A DNA stretch of 64,000 nucleotides from Curvularia clavata (lineage: Eukaryota). A program made the translations under genes and the position numbers. Positions 48,871-62,803 of the stretch are shown here, piece after piece (position 1 is the first letter of the stretch; each line of letters opens with the position of its first letter). Where the stretch lies: NCBI GenBank assembly GCA_023920165.1, contig CP089280.1, positions 682,001 to 746,000 of the forward strand, given 5' to 3'. The notes below the pieces were generated by a model. That model did not search any database, was not told the origin of the DNA, and saw only the letters and a list, made by a program, of their open reading frames with translations.

Positions 48871-50198
48871 ATGCCGCCCTCGCCCTGCGCTGTGTGCAAG
48901 ATCAACCGCGCGCTGATCCTGCGACCCAAGGATCACTCGAGGCTATGCAAGGCCTGCTTCATCAACGTCTTCGAAACCGAAATCCACCACACCATCACGA
49001 CTAATGCTCTGTTTCAACGCGGCGAAAAGGTCGCCATTGGCGCCTCTGGGGGAAAAGACAGCACAGTGCTCGCTTCGGTTCTCAAGACGCTGAATGAACG
49101 CTATGACTATGGTCTTGACTTGATCCTCTTGTCCATCGACGAGGGCATCAAGGGCTACCGCGATGACAGTCTCGAAACCGTCAAGCGAAATGCCCAGCAG
49201 TACGACATGCCGCTGACTATTCTTGGATATGCCGAGTTGTATGGATGGACCATGGACCAGGTTGTAGAGCAGGTGGGAAAGAAGGGAAATTGTACCTACT
49301 GCGGCGTGTTCAGACGGCAAGCACTCGACCGCGGCGCATCCAGACTAGGCGTCAGACACGTCGTCACGGGGCACAATGCCGACGATGTAGCCGAGACTGT
49401 ATTGATGAACTGTTCGTCTTTCTGTGTTCGTATTGCGGTTGTGACAGAATGCTGATCCAAGCAGTACTGCGAGGCGATCTTCCGCGTCTATCACGCACCA
49501 CATCCATCGTAACCTCCACCCCATCGGCATCGTCTGACCCTGCCTCGAACACAAACATCAAGCGCAGCAAACCGCTCAAGTACGCATATGAGAAGGAGAT
49601 CGTCCTCTACGCCCATCACAAGAATTTAGACTATTTCAGCACCGAGTGCATATACTCTCCCGAAGCTTTTCGGGGCAGTGCCCGCGCTTTGATTAAGAAC
49701 CTGGAACGTGTCCGCCCAAGCGCGATCCTCGACGTCGTGAGAAGCGGCGAAGACATGGCCAAGTTGGTACCAGGCAGTGATGAGGGCTGCGGAGGCGCAT
49801 GCTCAAGCAGCGTGCCTGTCGCTGAAGAGGAAGAAGGTGGGTGTGGAAGTGCCCAAGGGCGCAGTACTGGTGGCGAGATGGCAAGCGTAGAGGCACAACT
49901 AAGACAAAATGAAGCCGCCGTGGACGCCAATCTTGAAACCGAAATCACGACAAAGAGCGTCAACGGAAAGAAACCAAAAAAGGTCTACACGCCGAAGAAG
50001 ACAAACAAGCAAGTCATGGGCCAGTGCAAGAAATGCGGATACCTCTCCAGCCAAGAAGTCTGTAAAGCATGCGTCCTGCTTGAGGGGCTCAATAAAGCGC
50101 GCCCAAAGAATAAGATTGAGGTTGGATATGAGGTACAAGACGTCAGCCTTAACAGTGTGCGCGATGAACTCCAAGCGACAACCATAAGCACCGAATGA
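48871..50198 (+). CDS. NCS6: Cytoplasmic tRNA 2-thiolation protein 1 (Ncs6/Ctu1; 2 exons)
   Basis: N-terminal CxxC..CxxC, PP-loop [46 protein letters not shown] and C-terminal Zn ribbon [16 protein letters not shown]. Confidence 0.96.
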
Positions 50199-51039
50199 GA
50201 GGGTTTGTCCCAAACGGTCCTGTGGACACTCTGCCGACGTCAAAAACATTGATCGACCCTCGGACGGGGTCCGAAACGGGTAATCGGATGCGCAACCTTA
50301 TGACTCGTTATCGCCAAAAAGAGTTTGTTTCAATCACAAGACGAGCACATCGAACGTTTCTCGTAGCAGGCGAATGAAATCCTTCGCTTACTGAAAGTCA
50401 ACGGCAAATACCTTGTCGGTGCCACATGCAACTCGCGCAACCTTGACTCGTGGTGGAGAGGCGCGTGTGACGCGACACCAGTGTGACCTGTCAGCATTAC
50501 CTGGTCTCACCAGAGACAACACTCTACTCCCCCGCCTGAACGGTCTCAGTCCTCCGAAGATTCTGTACCACTTTGCGCTGTGACCACAGCTAATCCGCAC
50601 GACATACGGAACGTACGGGAAGGGGCACGGCACGTGCCGCTGCAGCAACGTGGTGTCATATTGGCTAGTAACCATATAGACATAGAGTACACGCATACGA
50701 ATAGCAGCTATCGTTGGAACACAAGTAGATGAAATGCATCAAAGCTAGAGTAAGAGTAAGGATGATAGAAAGCCGCTATGCTATGCAGCACAAACACTTC
50801 TATCTGGTATCTTATTTGTATCCCAAGTCGCCAACCAATGCTCGCTCCAACCCAATATGTACTATGAAAAAAAATCTGACCCCCGTCTACATCTACATGC
50901 CAATTACAGCAACCGATGCCACAAATGTGAATAAATGCCACCACCACGCTGCACCGCAGCGCCGCCTGTTCCCGTCCGAAGTCATCATCGGACCGCCTTT
51001 AGCAGCAACGGCGCCGCCACGGACGCCGCCTTCAGATAG

Positions 51040-53912
51040 TCATAATTGAAATCCAAACTCGCCATTCATCTTCCACGGCCCGTTGACCTCAATCGTCTGC
51101 TTGCCCGCATCAAACGTGCCAGTCGCAGCCTCCTTGGTCTGACCCAGCACAACCACCTTGGACACCGTGACGCTCTCGCCGGCCGCTCCGCCGTATCCGA
51201 ATGAGCCCGAGGCACTGAACTTGCCGTTGTCGAAAGAGAAGTTGATTTCGCTGGTGGAAGACTGCTCGAGGCTCTCGCCGTCATCGAGGTACAACCGGCC
51301 AGTTGCCTTACCCTGGGCGTCTGGGGCAACGAGAACAAAGAAGTCCTCCTTGCGTAGCGCCTTTGTCGTATTAGCGCTGTTGACGCGATGCGGGATGACG
51401 CTTCCGCCGCGAATGTGCACAGGGATGTCGCTGTACGTCAGATTGCTGACGGTGACGTTTTGGCCCTGGCCCTCGACTTTGCCGTAGGTCCAGTAGTCGT
51501 AGAAGAGGTCGTTGGGAAGGTAGAAAGTCACGGTGTCGGAGTAGTCGACGGTCACGGGCGAGATCAAAAGTGAGTCGCCGTAGAACCACTGCTCTTGGAT
51601 GCCAAAGGTCTTCTCGTCTTCTGGGTAGAGGAAAAATAGGGGGTTAATCATGGGTGTTCCGTCTTGCGTCTGGTAGTACAGTGCGGTGTAAATGTAGTCC
51701 ATGAGCTTGTAGCGGGTGTCGATGGCCTTCTTGGCGGCCTCGGCGACAATGGGCCACTGGTAGAATTCCTGCTGAATGGTGCTGAGTTCGGCGTGGTTGC
51801 GGTAGAATGGTTGGAAAGCACCGAGCATGGCCCAGCGGGCGCACATGTACTTGTCGGCGTTGCCGTTGAAACCACATACGTCAGAACCGACCATGGGCAT
51901 TTGGTGCATGGAGACAAAGGCCAGCATCTGACGGATCGAGGTTCGGTAGTGTTCCCAGATTGAAGCGTTATCACCAAACCAGTGGGCTACCTTGCGGCCA
52001 ATTCCGGAAAAGGTGGAACGGGTGAGAACGAACGGGCGGAGCTTTGGGCGACGGGACAGCATCGATTCGCGGGTAGCTGAAGCCATCATAGAGCCGTAAA
52101 GGTTGTGGGTGTCGTATTGCCAGCTACCATCGTAGTTCGTTGTGTTCATCGGGATGGTTTGTTGAGAGATCTTGCCGAGATGGCTATTGATTCGATACGC
52201 GGGGTCGAACCAGTTGCGGTCTGGGAATCCCTTCATGTTTCCGTCAGATGACTGACGTGTAGCAACAACACCAGCAGATTTGCTTGTCATCACATCGGCA
52301 GTGGATCGTTGCAAAAGGGGCGACTCCTCAGAGCGAGCCTTGAGCGAACTGTTACTCGAAGAAGGCTGGAACGATGCTGGGAAACCAGGAATAGGACGGC
52401 CAGTGTTCGGGCGCGGTGCGTTGGCAGGCTGTGGTGGAATGCCATCGTTGATAGCCTGTTGGCGTGGGTTGCAAGTCTGTGGGTCCTGGCAAAAGTTGGA
52501 GGCCTCGTTCATATCGACCCAGAGTCCGTCAAGATCGATACCGTTCTCGGGATTGAATTGTGCCTGAATATGCTGAGTCCACCACTCCTGAGTCTTGGGC
52601 GCGAACCAATCCGGCCAGGCAACTGCACCAGGCCACTGAACTCCAAGCATATCACTACCATCGGCGGCCTTAAGGAAAACTCCCATCTCGTCACCTGACT
52701 GGTAAGGCTCGTAGTCACCGACCGCATGAACACCAGGGTCCAAGATCAAAACGTAACGCTGGTCGCGGGAGTGGAGAGTAGATACTAGTTCGCGCATCTT
52801 CGTGAGTGGGAAGCGCTCAGGGTCGGTTGTGAAGTCCTTGCGAAGATTCATGTAATCGATATCCGTCCACATGACCTCCAGGGGAATGCCAGCAGTGGAG
52901 TAGTTGGCGACAACCTCAGCGACCATATTGACGTCCCAATAGCCGTACTTGCATTGGTGGAAGCCGAAAGTCCAGTACGGGTACATCGCAGAGTAACCAG
53001 CAACGTCTGCGTACTGCTTTGACACATCGGCGGGCTTACTACCAGCCAGGAAATACAGATCGATGATTCCACCGACGGCGTTGTACTCCAAGTACTGGGA
53101 ACTGGTGTTGGTCTTCTTGACGTCCACTTGCATGGGACTGGAGTTGAGCATGAAAACACCATGGGTACCTTTACCACCGCGGTGTTCAAAATACACTGGG
53201 TGAGAGCCGTACAAGTTGGCATTATTAGGAATATTGATAGACTCGCCGTTCAGAAACATGCGCTCATAGTTGTCCGTGTGGAAGCGGAAGGAATCGCTGT
53301 GCTCACCAAGACCGTAGATGTTGGGGTTGTCGGGAAGCGTAGTCCGGAGGCGCACATACTGCTTTTCAAAGACCATGGGGACGGAGCTGGTATCGAAGAG
53401 AACCTCGCCGCTATCCTTGCGCTTTACCTGGAAAGAAAACGGATTTTCCTTGATATCAAACTGGAGAGCTGTGTTGGCAGAGGATGCCTTCTCGTGCTTT
53501 GGACGAGGAAAGACTTCTTCTTGAACCTGGAAAACCTGGAGGTCGGCATCATAAATCTTGACGTGAAGGCGGTCATCTGAAAATTGTTAAGAAAATTGGA
53601 TTTTGGGATTTTGGCGCACTAATGCAATGAAAAATACATACTAGTCTGGTACTCGACGAGCAATTTAAGATTCTTGATATCGTCGCTGTACGCATTGCAG
53701 GCGTCGCCAGCAAGTGTCAAATCGGCTGTTAAAGTAGAGTCATCCTTGACAACATTGGAAGCCGTGTAGCCAGGGCAGCTATCAACTGTAGCACGGCGAA
53801 CAATAGGGGCGGCAAGATGGGGGGTGGCAAGATCAGTGACTCCATGCACTAAAGGGGCTGCATTGATGAGGCTCGAGCAGGCGGCAAGCCCGAGCAAAAA
53901 ATGGCTTAACAT
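51040..53912 (-). CDS. Secreted alpha-glucosidase, glycoside hydrolase family 31 (2 exons)
   Basis: Signal peptide MLSHFLLGLAACSSLINA, CPGY, YGLGEH, LYGSHP, WTDIDYM, nucleophile WVDMNE, acid/base HWFGDN, GSDVCGF and PFYRNH. Confidence 0.96.
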
Positions 53913-54766
53913 CTCAATATGTAGAAATATTTCACCAACAGCGGAGAGCCGTTTGTGGGGAAGGAAGAAGAAAACGGGAAAGACATTTTGGCGCAGACAT
54001 ATATATGGGGAGGTGGGCCTGTAGTGAGAGCGCTCGTGCGACCATTCACCGTATGGGCGAAGTGTGATAACAGCGACAAGGGTATGTCTGAGACTCGCAG
54101 TCACCACCGCTTGACCCACATCATAACATCTCGGTCCTGCACCATGACGGCCACCTGATGCTTTTTCCGGCAAAGGGGATGCGTGCTAAAATGCACGGCT
54201 AGGGGATGGGAAAGAAATCAGTGTTTGTTTTCCCCCATCGGCTTCCAAGTATAGGCCGACAGTGGCCATGCAGCAAGCCGGCATTAAATGCGTACCTGCA
54301 GGGTTGATCCATAGATTTGCAGGAAAACGATGTTTCTGCGCTGGTCGTAGGCCAACAGCGCGTACATGAAACAAGGTAAAATTTGTTTTGCGGGTACTAA
54401 GAACACTAGGCTAGGGTGGAAATCTTGAATATCCGGGGAGCAGTGCGTGTTCAGATGGGGCTTTGCCGATCCGGGCATGTATCGACATACCTTCTTTCGT
54501 CAACATACATGTCTTCTGCCAATTAACGCTCATGTTACAGGGGAGGATCCCAATAGCAACCAGCATGCTTGTTGGCGCCTCGCCCAGGCGAAAAGTCACG
54601 ACATGAGATCCAGGCGACGTGCAGATGATAATCGAGAGGCTGGTAACCGCGCGCTGCGTGTGCAGTGCCAGTCTGTTCGTTGCAGACATCGTGAGATGTC
54701 TTCGTGACGTTGGGGGATCTGTTAAGATCAGTCGCAAGGTTCGCGTGAACGGCGGCTCCACAGTTC

Positions 54767-54803
54767 CCGCGCTAGCACCGCTAGCTTTATGCGGGGGGCG
54801 GAG
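54767..54803 (-). promoter_or_regulatory. Putative AmyR site (CGG-N8-CGG) next to two CreA consensus sites upstream of the GH31 gene
   Basis: CCGcgctagcaCCG at 54767-54780; GCGGGG at 54791-54796 and GCGGAG at 54798-54803 (SYGGRG). Short motifs, so chance matches are possible. Confidence 0.35.
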
Positions 54804-56073
54804 TCACATGCCCTCAACAGACTAAGACTACGGGGCAGTCTAATTTCTCTGTTGTCCATTCTTGTTGCTTTACCTTCTTCTTTGCTTAGGTCTACTTCGA
54901 CCTGCTACTATCGGACGAGTGCATGACTAGTCATCATGGAGCAGCTTGGCCTAGGGCATCATCCACATGCCGTCATCAGTTCCACACCGTTTTCGTTGCC
55001 GACGCTGTGTTGTCATTCTCCATTACCCACGGACAAGATCCGTCAATAAAAGAAAGTAAACATGGTGAACAATCGGAAAGAATCTTCTCTATAGGTCCCT
55101 GCACTTGAAGCACTGTCTCGGATCCAAACGATGAGGCTTTGTCAATACATCTACAAGTAGATACAAAAACGCTCAAAAAGGACCGAACGACACAAGACTC
55201 ACTGAAACCCTGACTCACAAAAGATTTCACTGCCACGTGCTCCTTTGCATAGATCCGCAAGACATGACGGAAGGTAGTCCTCGCGACGCCGAATATCTTG
55301 GTCGGTGTGTGCATGTGTGTGTGAATGTGGCACGAGGCTGTGCCAGCGTGGTAGTCCTGATGCCCAAGGTCTTAAGCTCAAAAGGAAAAGGCCGTATATC
55401 CGAGCCGTTGACTTAGAGCTCTAGCTACATACCGGGCGCTTTTGGCTGCGGCTCTAAAAGCCACCAACGTTCTTTTTTCTTGCGTCTGACCCAGTCGACA
55501 GCGTGGCACTATCCGACAATTGTTTCTTTCAACACTCCGATTGGCTAACTTGATCATGCCGATATATGCCGTTCTTCCACCGTCGAATCTAGAGCCATTT
55601 CTCGGCGTCGCGACGACCATTCGGAGCCAGAGCCATTTGAAAGTAGAAATCCAGATCAGCTTTGAGTGATAGCTAATGATTCATTATTCATTTCTAGCTA
55701 GATTCATCTCATACCAATCATCTCTCTGAAATGGCATACCCTAGCCACCAATCATGATGCAGGTAAGCATACTACTCCGTCTGTCGTATATTCCAAAGAT
55801 GATAAGCCACTGAGGCGAATTGGCTTTGCAAGGAAACCAAAAACCCACTGACGTAGTGTCCGCGGAACTCCATTCCTCTGATAACGTAGGCGTATTGCGC
55901 ACCACGTCGCTAGCGCCAGAACACCGCCCAGCAAACCCCCCGAAAACGCGTTTCAAGCACAAGCACGCCACCAGTATGATGTGCGACATATCCCGTGAAT
56001 GCCCCACTCAAAAACGGTATGAGAGCGCCACCAAGCCCGCAAAGCCACCGTAGCTCGGATCATGTTTCGCTCC

Positions 56074-59000
56074 TCACTTGTAGTCCTTGCACTTTTCCAA
56101 ACTCTCAGTTACAACCCCTTTCAGAATCCTCAATGCCTCCGCAACCAAGTCGTGTAGCTCCTTGCGGAAACGCTGACCCTCGGGGGTGTCATTTTCTTTC
56201 CTGTGCTTCTGGCGTTCGAAAGCTTCTCGAATTTCCTCGAGGATACTGATCGCGCTGGTGAGGAGTTCGCTGCAGGTATCGTTGATGACTTCTTTTCCAT
56301 CTTTTTCAGCACGCTCAGAGATCTCAGAGAAAGGACCCTCAAGCCCAGGAATTTTTTCCACCAGATAGTTGTGGCGCACATCTATGAGCCTCTGGCGTTT
56401 TTGAGGTCTCTCGGCCTCGGCTTGTTCGTAGATGGGGACCATGGCTTGGTAAAAGTATCCTTTTTCCGTAAATTTGGAGGCATTGTTGCCCACTTCAATG
56501 AGACCTTGGCGGAGCTTCTTTGTGGCAGCTTCAACCTTGAGACCCACATTCTTGTCATATCCGACGAGATGGTTACCAAAGCATAGTTGGTAGGCATCTC
56601 CAGCTAGTGCCTGTGGGTCGTCCTTCAAGATCTTGTTCAAGTCGTTGATGCCCGACCTGACCGTCTGCGCAGCATGAGCTTTAAACGATTTAGGTGCCTC
56701 CTCGACTGCATTTCGGAAGACGCTCTCCATAGTTGGTATGACGGATGAGAGGAGTGTCTTGTTCAAATCGACATTGATGTTCCGCTTTTTCTGCTGATAA
56801 ACACCTTAATTCTCGTGAGCAATTGAATCTTGAGGATTACAGAAGAGGTACATACCCTTCTTTTTCACGACAGCTCTGTGTGAGGCAGCATTCTATAGAA
56901 GTTAGCACCCGTTAAAACTGGTCAGAAATATCTATTACTCACCATTCTAGCCAACTTTTCCAAAGCTCTCTCAGCACACCGGTCAAACGTGTCTTGAAGT
57001 TCGGGACATGATAGGGTGGTAACAATGTCCTTTAGGAACGTATCGTGGCACCTTCTTTCCATCTTGTTAATTTTCAAACGAAGGTCCTGCCATCAGTTAG
57101 CGGATATTTGTTGTGGCCCAGGGATGACTTACTTCGATGGCCTGGTCCAGAATCTTGGTTATGTGGTCCACTCGAGCCTCTGTGCTCTTACTGCAGCTCA
57201 TTTGGAAGATACTGAGAAGCATCGGGATTTTGAACTGAATAAAATGCTCCAAGACAGCTACCTTTCCTTGGGAGGGCTGTCCAGAGATATGGTTGAATAG
57301 ATCAGGAATTTGGGTATCTTCAAGCTTCATCGAAGGGACTCTGTCGGGGTTTGAGGAGTTGTATCCTCGCCGATGCCGCATGTACATGCGATTTGAAACA
57401 CAGAACGAGACACATAAGCCTGTGTCGTCGCCAGTGTTTTGGCTGTACATGCGGTTTAGATCTCTGGCGACAATTCGATTACGGCATGCAATACGAATAC
57501 CTTTGCAGTCTTTTTCCAAAGACGCAATGAGGGATACTAGAGTTTTCTTGCGTGCCATCATGTCTTTTTTGGTTTCGAGCAAGGCCTCATACCTAGGCCG
57601 TTCAGAGGCGTTGCCTTGTTGAATCATCACCTTGATTTGCTTGATTTCACGCTTCTTGGCTTCAAGATCGTTTGAAATAGACTGAAGCTCATCATTCCGC
57701 TCATTCAGCTTCTCCTCGATAGGAGCAAGCTGTTTCTCCGCTATTGTGTCGAGCTGCAGTGTACTACTACCGTCGTCGTTTATCTCCTACGAACAAGGTT
57801 AGCAACATAACAAAGTAAATTTCATATCCTACGACGTACGTCTGATCTAGTAGCCACAAGAATCACACTGCCGTGGTGTCGTCTGCGATGAGCATCAAGA
57901 TAGTGCTGTCGAAAGGACTGATCGCTTGCAGCGCGCTTGATATCCACAACCACAATGGTCTTTTCACACTGCTGTAGGTAGGCTTCAGCAGACGTAACGC
58001 GGTACATGTTGACGTCTTTTGCACCTGGTACATCGGCCAGGCATATACCATCTTGTAGCAAAGGGCTGTCGATGTAGTATCTGTGTTTGTTTGTAAGGGA
58101 TTCTGCTCTTGCGAATGTGACGGTTTGCCCTTACCTGATGATCTCTACGAATGGCCATGGGCTGAATGACAAAGGCTTCCCCCTAAAGCGCGCATTTGAA
58201 GCCCGCGTTCTAAAAGGCCGGAGCTGTTCTCGCATGTCGTTATGAGTGCTGGACGTAAGGTAAACACAGAGATCGCCCTCGACAATGAACTGATCGTGTA
58301 TCTCAATGGTCCATTTGATCAGCTTGTTGAGTACGGAGTTTTCATCCAGTGACTTGCTTGACGACATGAAGTTCTCAAGCGAATCGGGGGTGGTGCGATG
58401 AGCAAAGAGATGGTTCATGCATTCCAAGGCAGCATCTTTTCGCGCTCGCTCATGGTCATCAACTTCATCCTCTTCGTGAATGGTGCGCTGTCGTATACTG
58501 AACCATTCTTTGAACCACGTGGTCACAAGGTTAACGCAGTATTCGCGGCAGTAAAATTGCACCTCAGCCTGAACTGCGCCAATATTTGTGGTTAATTTCT
58601 TCTGGCGGAACTCTGTCACCACGTTGGTGCATGCGCTACCGCTGTCGCCCTATATCCCACGTCAGTCTATCATACATATATGGTTCGGGGTAATACCTAC
58701 CTCTGGTGTTAGATCATCACCTAGTAAAGCGTTTGTAGTAGCGGGCTTTCCGGATCCCGTGTCTCCTGTTACTGCAAACCGAATCTCTTCCTGGTATGCA
58801 ATGTTTCGATTCTTAAAGACTTGCTTTTGAAGATACTCGGCCTCTTCGCCGCCAGCGCCACTATTCGCAGCGTCGTTTAGGAAGTCTTTAAAGACCTCGA
58901 GAATACTTTTTACGTCTCTCTCAGCTTGCTGAAAGCCCGGATGGGAGAGTGGCAGTTTCGGTCGGCGCCTTTGCGCCGGGTCGAACGGGGGCACCTCTGA

Positions 59001-59334
59001 CGCGTCCTTTTCGTCGTCACTGTCATCACTGTCGGTCAGAACTTCAGATGCTGGTCATTATTAGTCCAAATCCCATTACAAGCATGTCACTTTACATACC
59101 TGGACGCTTGGCTGGTAGAGTGGAACCTGTATTGGCATTCCAACTAGCAAGAGCCGCTCTAGCATCCACTTCGATAGCTTGGAGTTTCGCAATGTGGGAA
59201 GAGATGCCAGAGCTTGTAGCTGTTTTCGATGGTAAAGGTACATCGGATTGCGATCTTTCGGGTTCGAATAGAGGACTCTGCGTGCCTTCCCTGGCATGCT
59301 GCTGTAGCTGATCCATGATGTTCTCTTCTTCCAT
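56074..59334 (-). CDS. Dynamin-superfamily large GTPase (nuclear SLIP-GC-like), about 8 exons
   Basis: Exons join in frame at canonical splice sites. G1 GDTGSGKP, G2 SACT, WPFVEIIR|YY, G3 LADVPG, G4 ATRSD, then coiled-coil/helical stalk (IRIACRNRIV, FCVSN, TQIPDL). Confidence 0.85.
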
Positions 59335-60284
59335 GATTGTTGCTAGCTGTAGCAAGGGATGAAAGTGTGGGAGTAGGAGAGACAAAAGATATAGAGTGGA
59401 AGAGAGGTAGATAGGAAGCCTTTCATCGCTAGCAGAATGCTTTCAGGCAAGAGAGTGCGTCACTGCGATAGCGAGGTGAGAGAATGAGACCTAATAGTTG
59501 ATATCGTATCCTCCACATTATACCACCGCAGCTTTGAGGAAGTTTGGAAGTGAGAGGCAATCGTATATTACCTGAAAAAATATCAGTAATCAGTCTTTCT
59601 GTGAAACAAATAGTATATACTCACAGTCAAGACAGTTTCCACGGGTGTGTGGGCGTTAGCAAATGCAAAAAATTCTGACCTTCTTATGTGAAGTGAAACA
59701 ACTACGGATTGGTTGCCTATACGATCCTCATCAACTCTAACCTTTTCTCTGAGGTCGGAGTAGATGGAGCTGCGAAGAGCATGGCCATCCGCTTGGACGT
59801 GACTAGAAAGGCAGGGGTCATGGCGAACGAGAGCGGAGGTATTGAAACTGCTACCATTTTTACGTGTACTCTCCAGATTTAGTTTTGCTTCGTTTTCGGG
59901 CTTTTATATGAATCTTGTGTGGACGCCCGGGTTTGCGGTCGGTTGAGACGTATCGAGAAGGAGCGTTGATGCCTTTACCGAAGAATCACCACTGATGTCA
60001 GCAGTGAAGTCATCCCACAGTCACGGTTTAGCGCTTCCAGATGTCACCATATTTACCATGTTTGGAATAAGTCGAAAACTTACAAGTCTAATTTTGCATG
60101 ATCGAAATACAACGCGTGATCTAGGCTAAGATGCGGGGTCCCCACATAGCGTACTCCGAGCTAGTGAGCAGCTTGATCTGCACATCAGCGCCTTGAAAAT
60201 ACATTAGCTTCAGACGCCCTGCTTTCTCAATGCAAAGTTCTTTGCCGCTCAGCTCAGCCTTTGAGCATCTTTCTTCCACAACAG

Positions 60285-62236
60285 ATGGCTGAGGATCGTG
60301 GAACGTTGAAACCAAGAATTAAGAAGGCAAGAACACGGCACGGGTCAGTATTGCACGTAGCCTTGGAAAGCATCCAGACCAACTGACACCTTGTTCCAGG
60401 TGCTTGAATTGCAAGACCAAGAGGAGAAAGTGTGACGAGGTAAAGCCGAGTTGCTCGCGTTGCACTGCTAGACACGAGAGCTGTGAATGGGCTTCTCGCC
60501 TCACCTTCCGAGCCGAGAACGCATTAGGAATTCAGCCATCATTGTTGCATCGAACCCCAGGATGGCCGCCCAAGCACTTTAGGATCAAGGACGTTACAGC
60601 CGAAGTCATACGGGACTACCAGCATGACGAACCGAGAGACGAGCCCGGTTGTGGTGACCAACCTGATAGCCAGCAAGCTACCACTCCCGGTGATCTCTTG
60701 CCGACCACTGTTGGTCAAAGCGTGCTATCTCAAAACGACTCGTGCTGGCAGTTACGCGCATCTTTCTCAAACTCTGAACTTGATTCGAATTATCTTCAAT
60801 CTCATGGATACGTAACTATATCTGCTCCCGCAAGTACAGAGGCCATTTGGGATAGCCCAGTAGCTACCACGTGCCTGGACGACACCATCTTTCTTCCAGG
60901 ATCAGCATACCTAAATGCTCATTCCACATTTCGAAGTCATCTCAAACTGGAAGCAAGATCTAGTGTCCCTACGCCAGAAGCCTCATCGGACTCCTCACGG
61001 ACCATTGACATATGGTCTATGAATACGAACTTCAGTGCAGTGGCAGGAGGACACAGTTTGCAATCCCCAGTTCAGCCCATTCTCAGCGAGAGATTAAACT
61101 CTCCTCATCCCTCCACGCTTCAGCTGTCTGCCGAGGAAGAGTTTGAGTTATGGAAGAACTGGCTTGATGAGATAGCACCTTGGATTGACAAGTTTGACGG
61201 AGAACAGCATTTTCAGCGGGTACTGCCCGTCCTTGCACGTTCTCACGATCATCTCAGGTACTCTATGCTTGCGTTATCTGCGAGACAGCTTGAGATCAAG
61301 AACCACAATAGGCACACAGAACGCAGTCTAGCTTTATACCAAGCAGCCATTCAACTTGTGCTACCAGAACTACATACACGTAGCACGCCAGTCATAGCAT
61401 CATGCGTGGTCTTGTGTGTACTAGAGATGCAGAGTAGCTCAGCTAAAGCATGGCATCAGCATTTAGATGGTTGTGCGCACTTGATTGAAGCAGTTGGAAT
61501 CAATGGCTTTTCCGGTGGCCTCGACCAAGCCCTTTTCTGGTGCTTTGCCCGTATGGATGTATGTGGCGGGCTTATTGCATCGTCCAAAACACTCATACCG
61601 GTTGAGCGCTGGGCCTCGGGCATAGATCTTGACGCTGATGTGCATCGCTTTCGAGCGAACAAGGAATACAACACTCACGCATGTGAAGCCGTGTACCTAT
61701 GTGCACAGATCCTCGACTTGCTCTCCTTCCATCCAAACCTAGCCGGACGTGTCGGCGTCTCACTCATTACACCAGAGATGCCAAATGAAGCCTTTGCGGC
61801 TCGGTGGCTAAAGATTTGGAACCACGTCACTGCCTGGTACAATACGCGACCTGCAGAGATGCTCCCTATAGCATCCATCACCAGCTCCACATCACCCTTC
61901 CCCAAGATCCTGTACAGCAATCCTGCAGCCATCTCAGGAAACCAGCTGTACCACACAGCATCCATTCTCATGCTCAGACACAAGCCTGCAGCAATGGCTG
62001 TCACACCTAAACCTAACTCCATTTTCTGGCACGCGCGTCAGATCTGCGGGATATCGATGAGCAACGACAACCATGGGGCCTGGACGAACGCAATACAGCC
62101 TCTCTGGATTGCCGGCCAATGGATGAGCCATGAGAGCGAGCAGAAGGCCATCCTGGAGTTATTGGAAAGGATTGAAAAGCAGTCAGGGTGGAGCACCAAG
62201 TGGCGAGCAGAAGATTTGAAAGAATTCTGGGGTTAG
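60285..62236 (+). CDS. Zn(II)2Cys6 transcription factor with fungal-specific C-terminal domain
   Basis: RTRHG|CLNCKTKRRKCDEVKPSCSRC..C binuclear cluster; IAPWIDKFD, LALSARQ, HLDGC and FWCFARMD. Confidence 0.92.
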
Positions 62237-62803
62237 CCTACGTAACAGACATTGCAGGTGGGTTTGTCGCTGTAATTCCTCGTGCATCATGAATGTAGCA
62301 GATACATTTCATACTGCAGCAGATGTAAAAGGTTGATTGAGAAGATGTCAGCACAGGCCCCTTGTATGTGTATCTTTATTGTTGGGATGCGTGGGGGCAA
62401 AGTGCAGTAGTGATAACTTGGTAGTGGGTGAAGACGCGGATGGAGACGCGTCGCTTCGACGAGTAATAGTAATGACGGCACCAGTGCACGGACGTTCTCG
62501 GAGGTAACAGCGGCGATGCTGACTATCGCTTGCTGCTCCATCACGTCCGTCGCCGCTGGAGACACGTAGAAAGCGATCGAAGGCGACTCCAGCCCAAGTC
62601 TCTTTGTGCTACGGCTTGCATCTCGACTACACTTTCGCTTTCACGTACGTATGGGTGACAGCACTCGATTGACACTATCCAGTGCTGCCTCGGCTTTTCC
62701 CGTCGACTTTCCCATTTAGCATTACACCCTCATACATTCAGCACTAACACTATACCCTGCTGCAGCCTGTCGAGCATTCCACCAGATCGAGCGCCCCGCC
62801 ACC

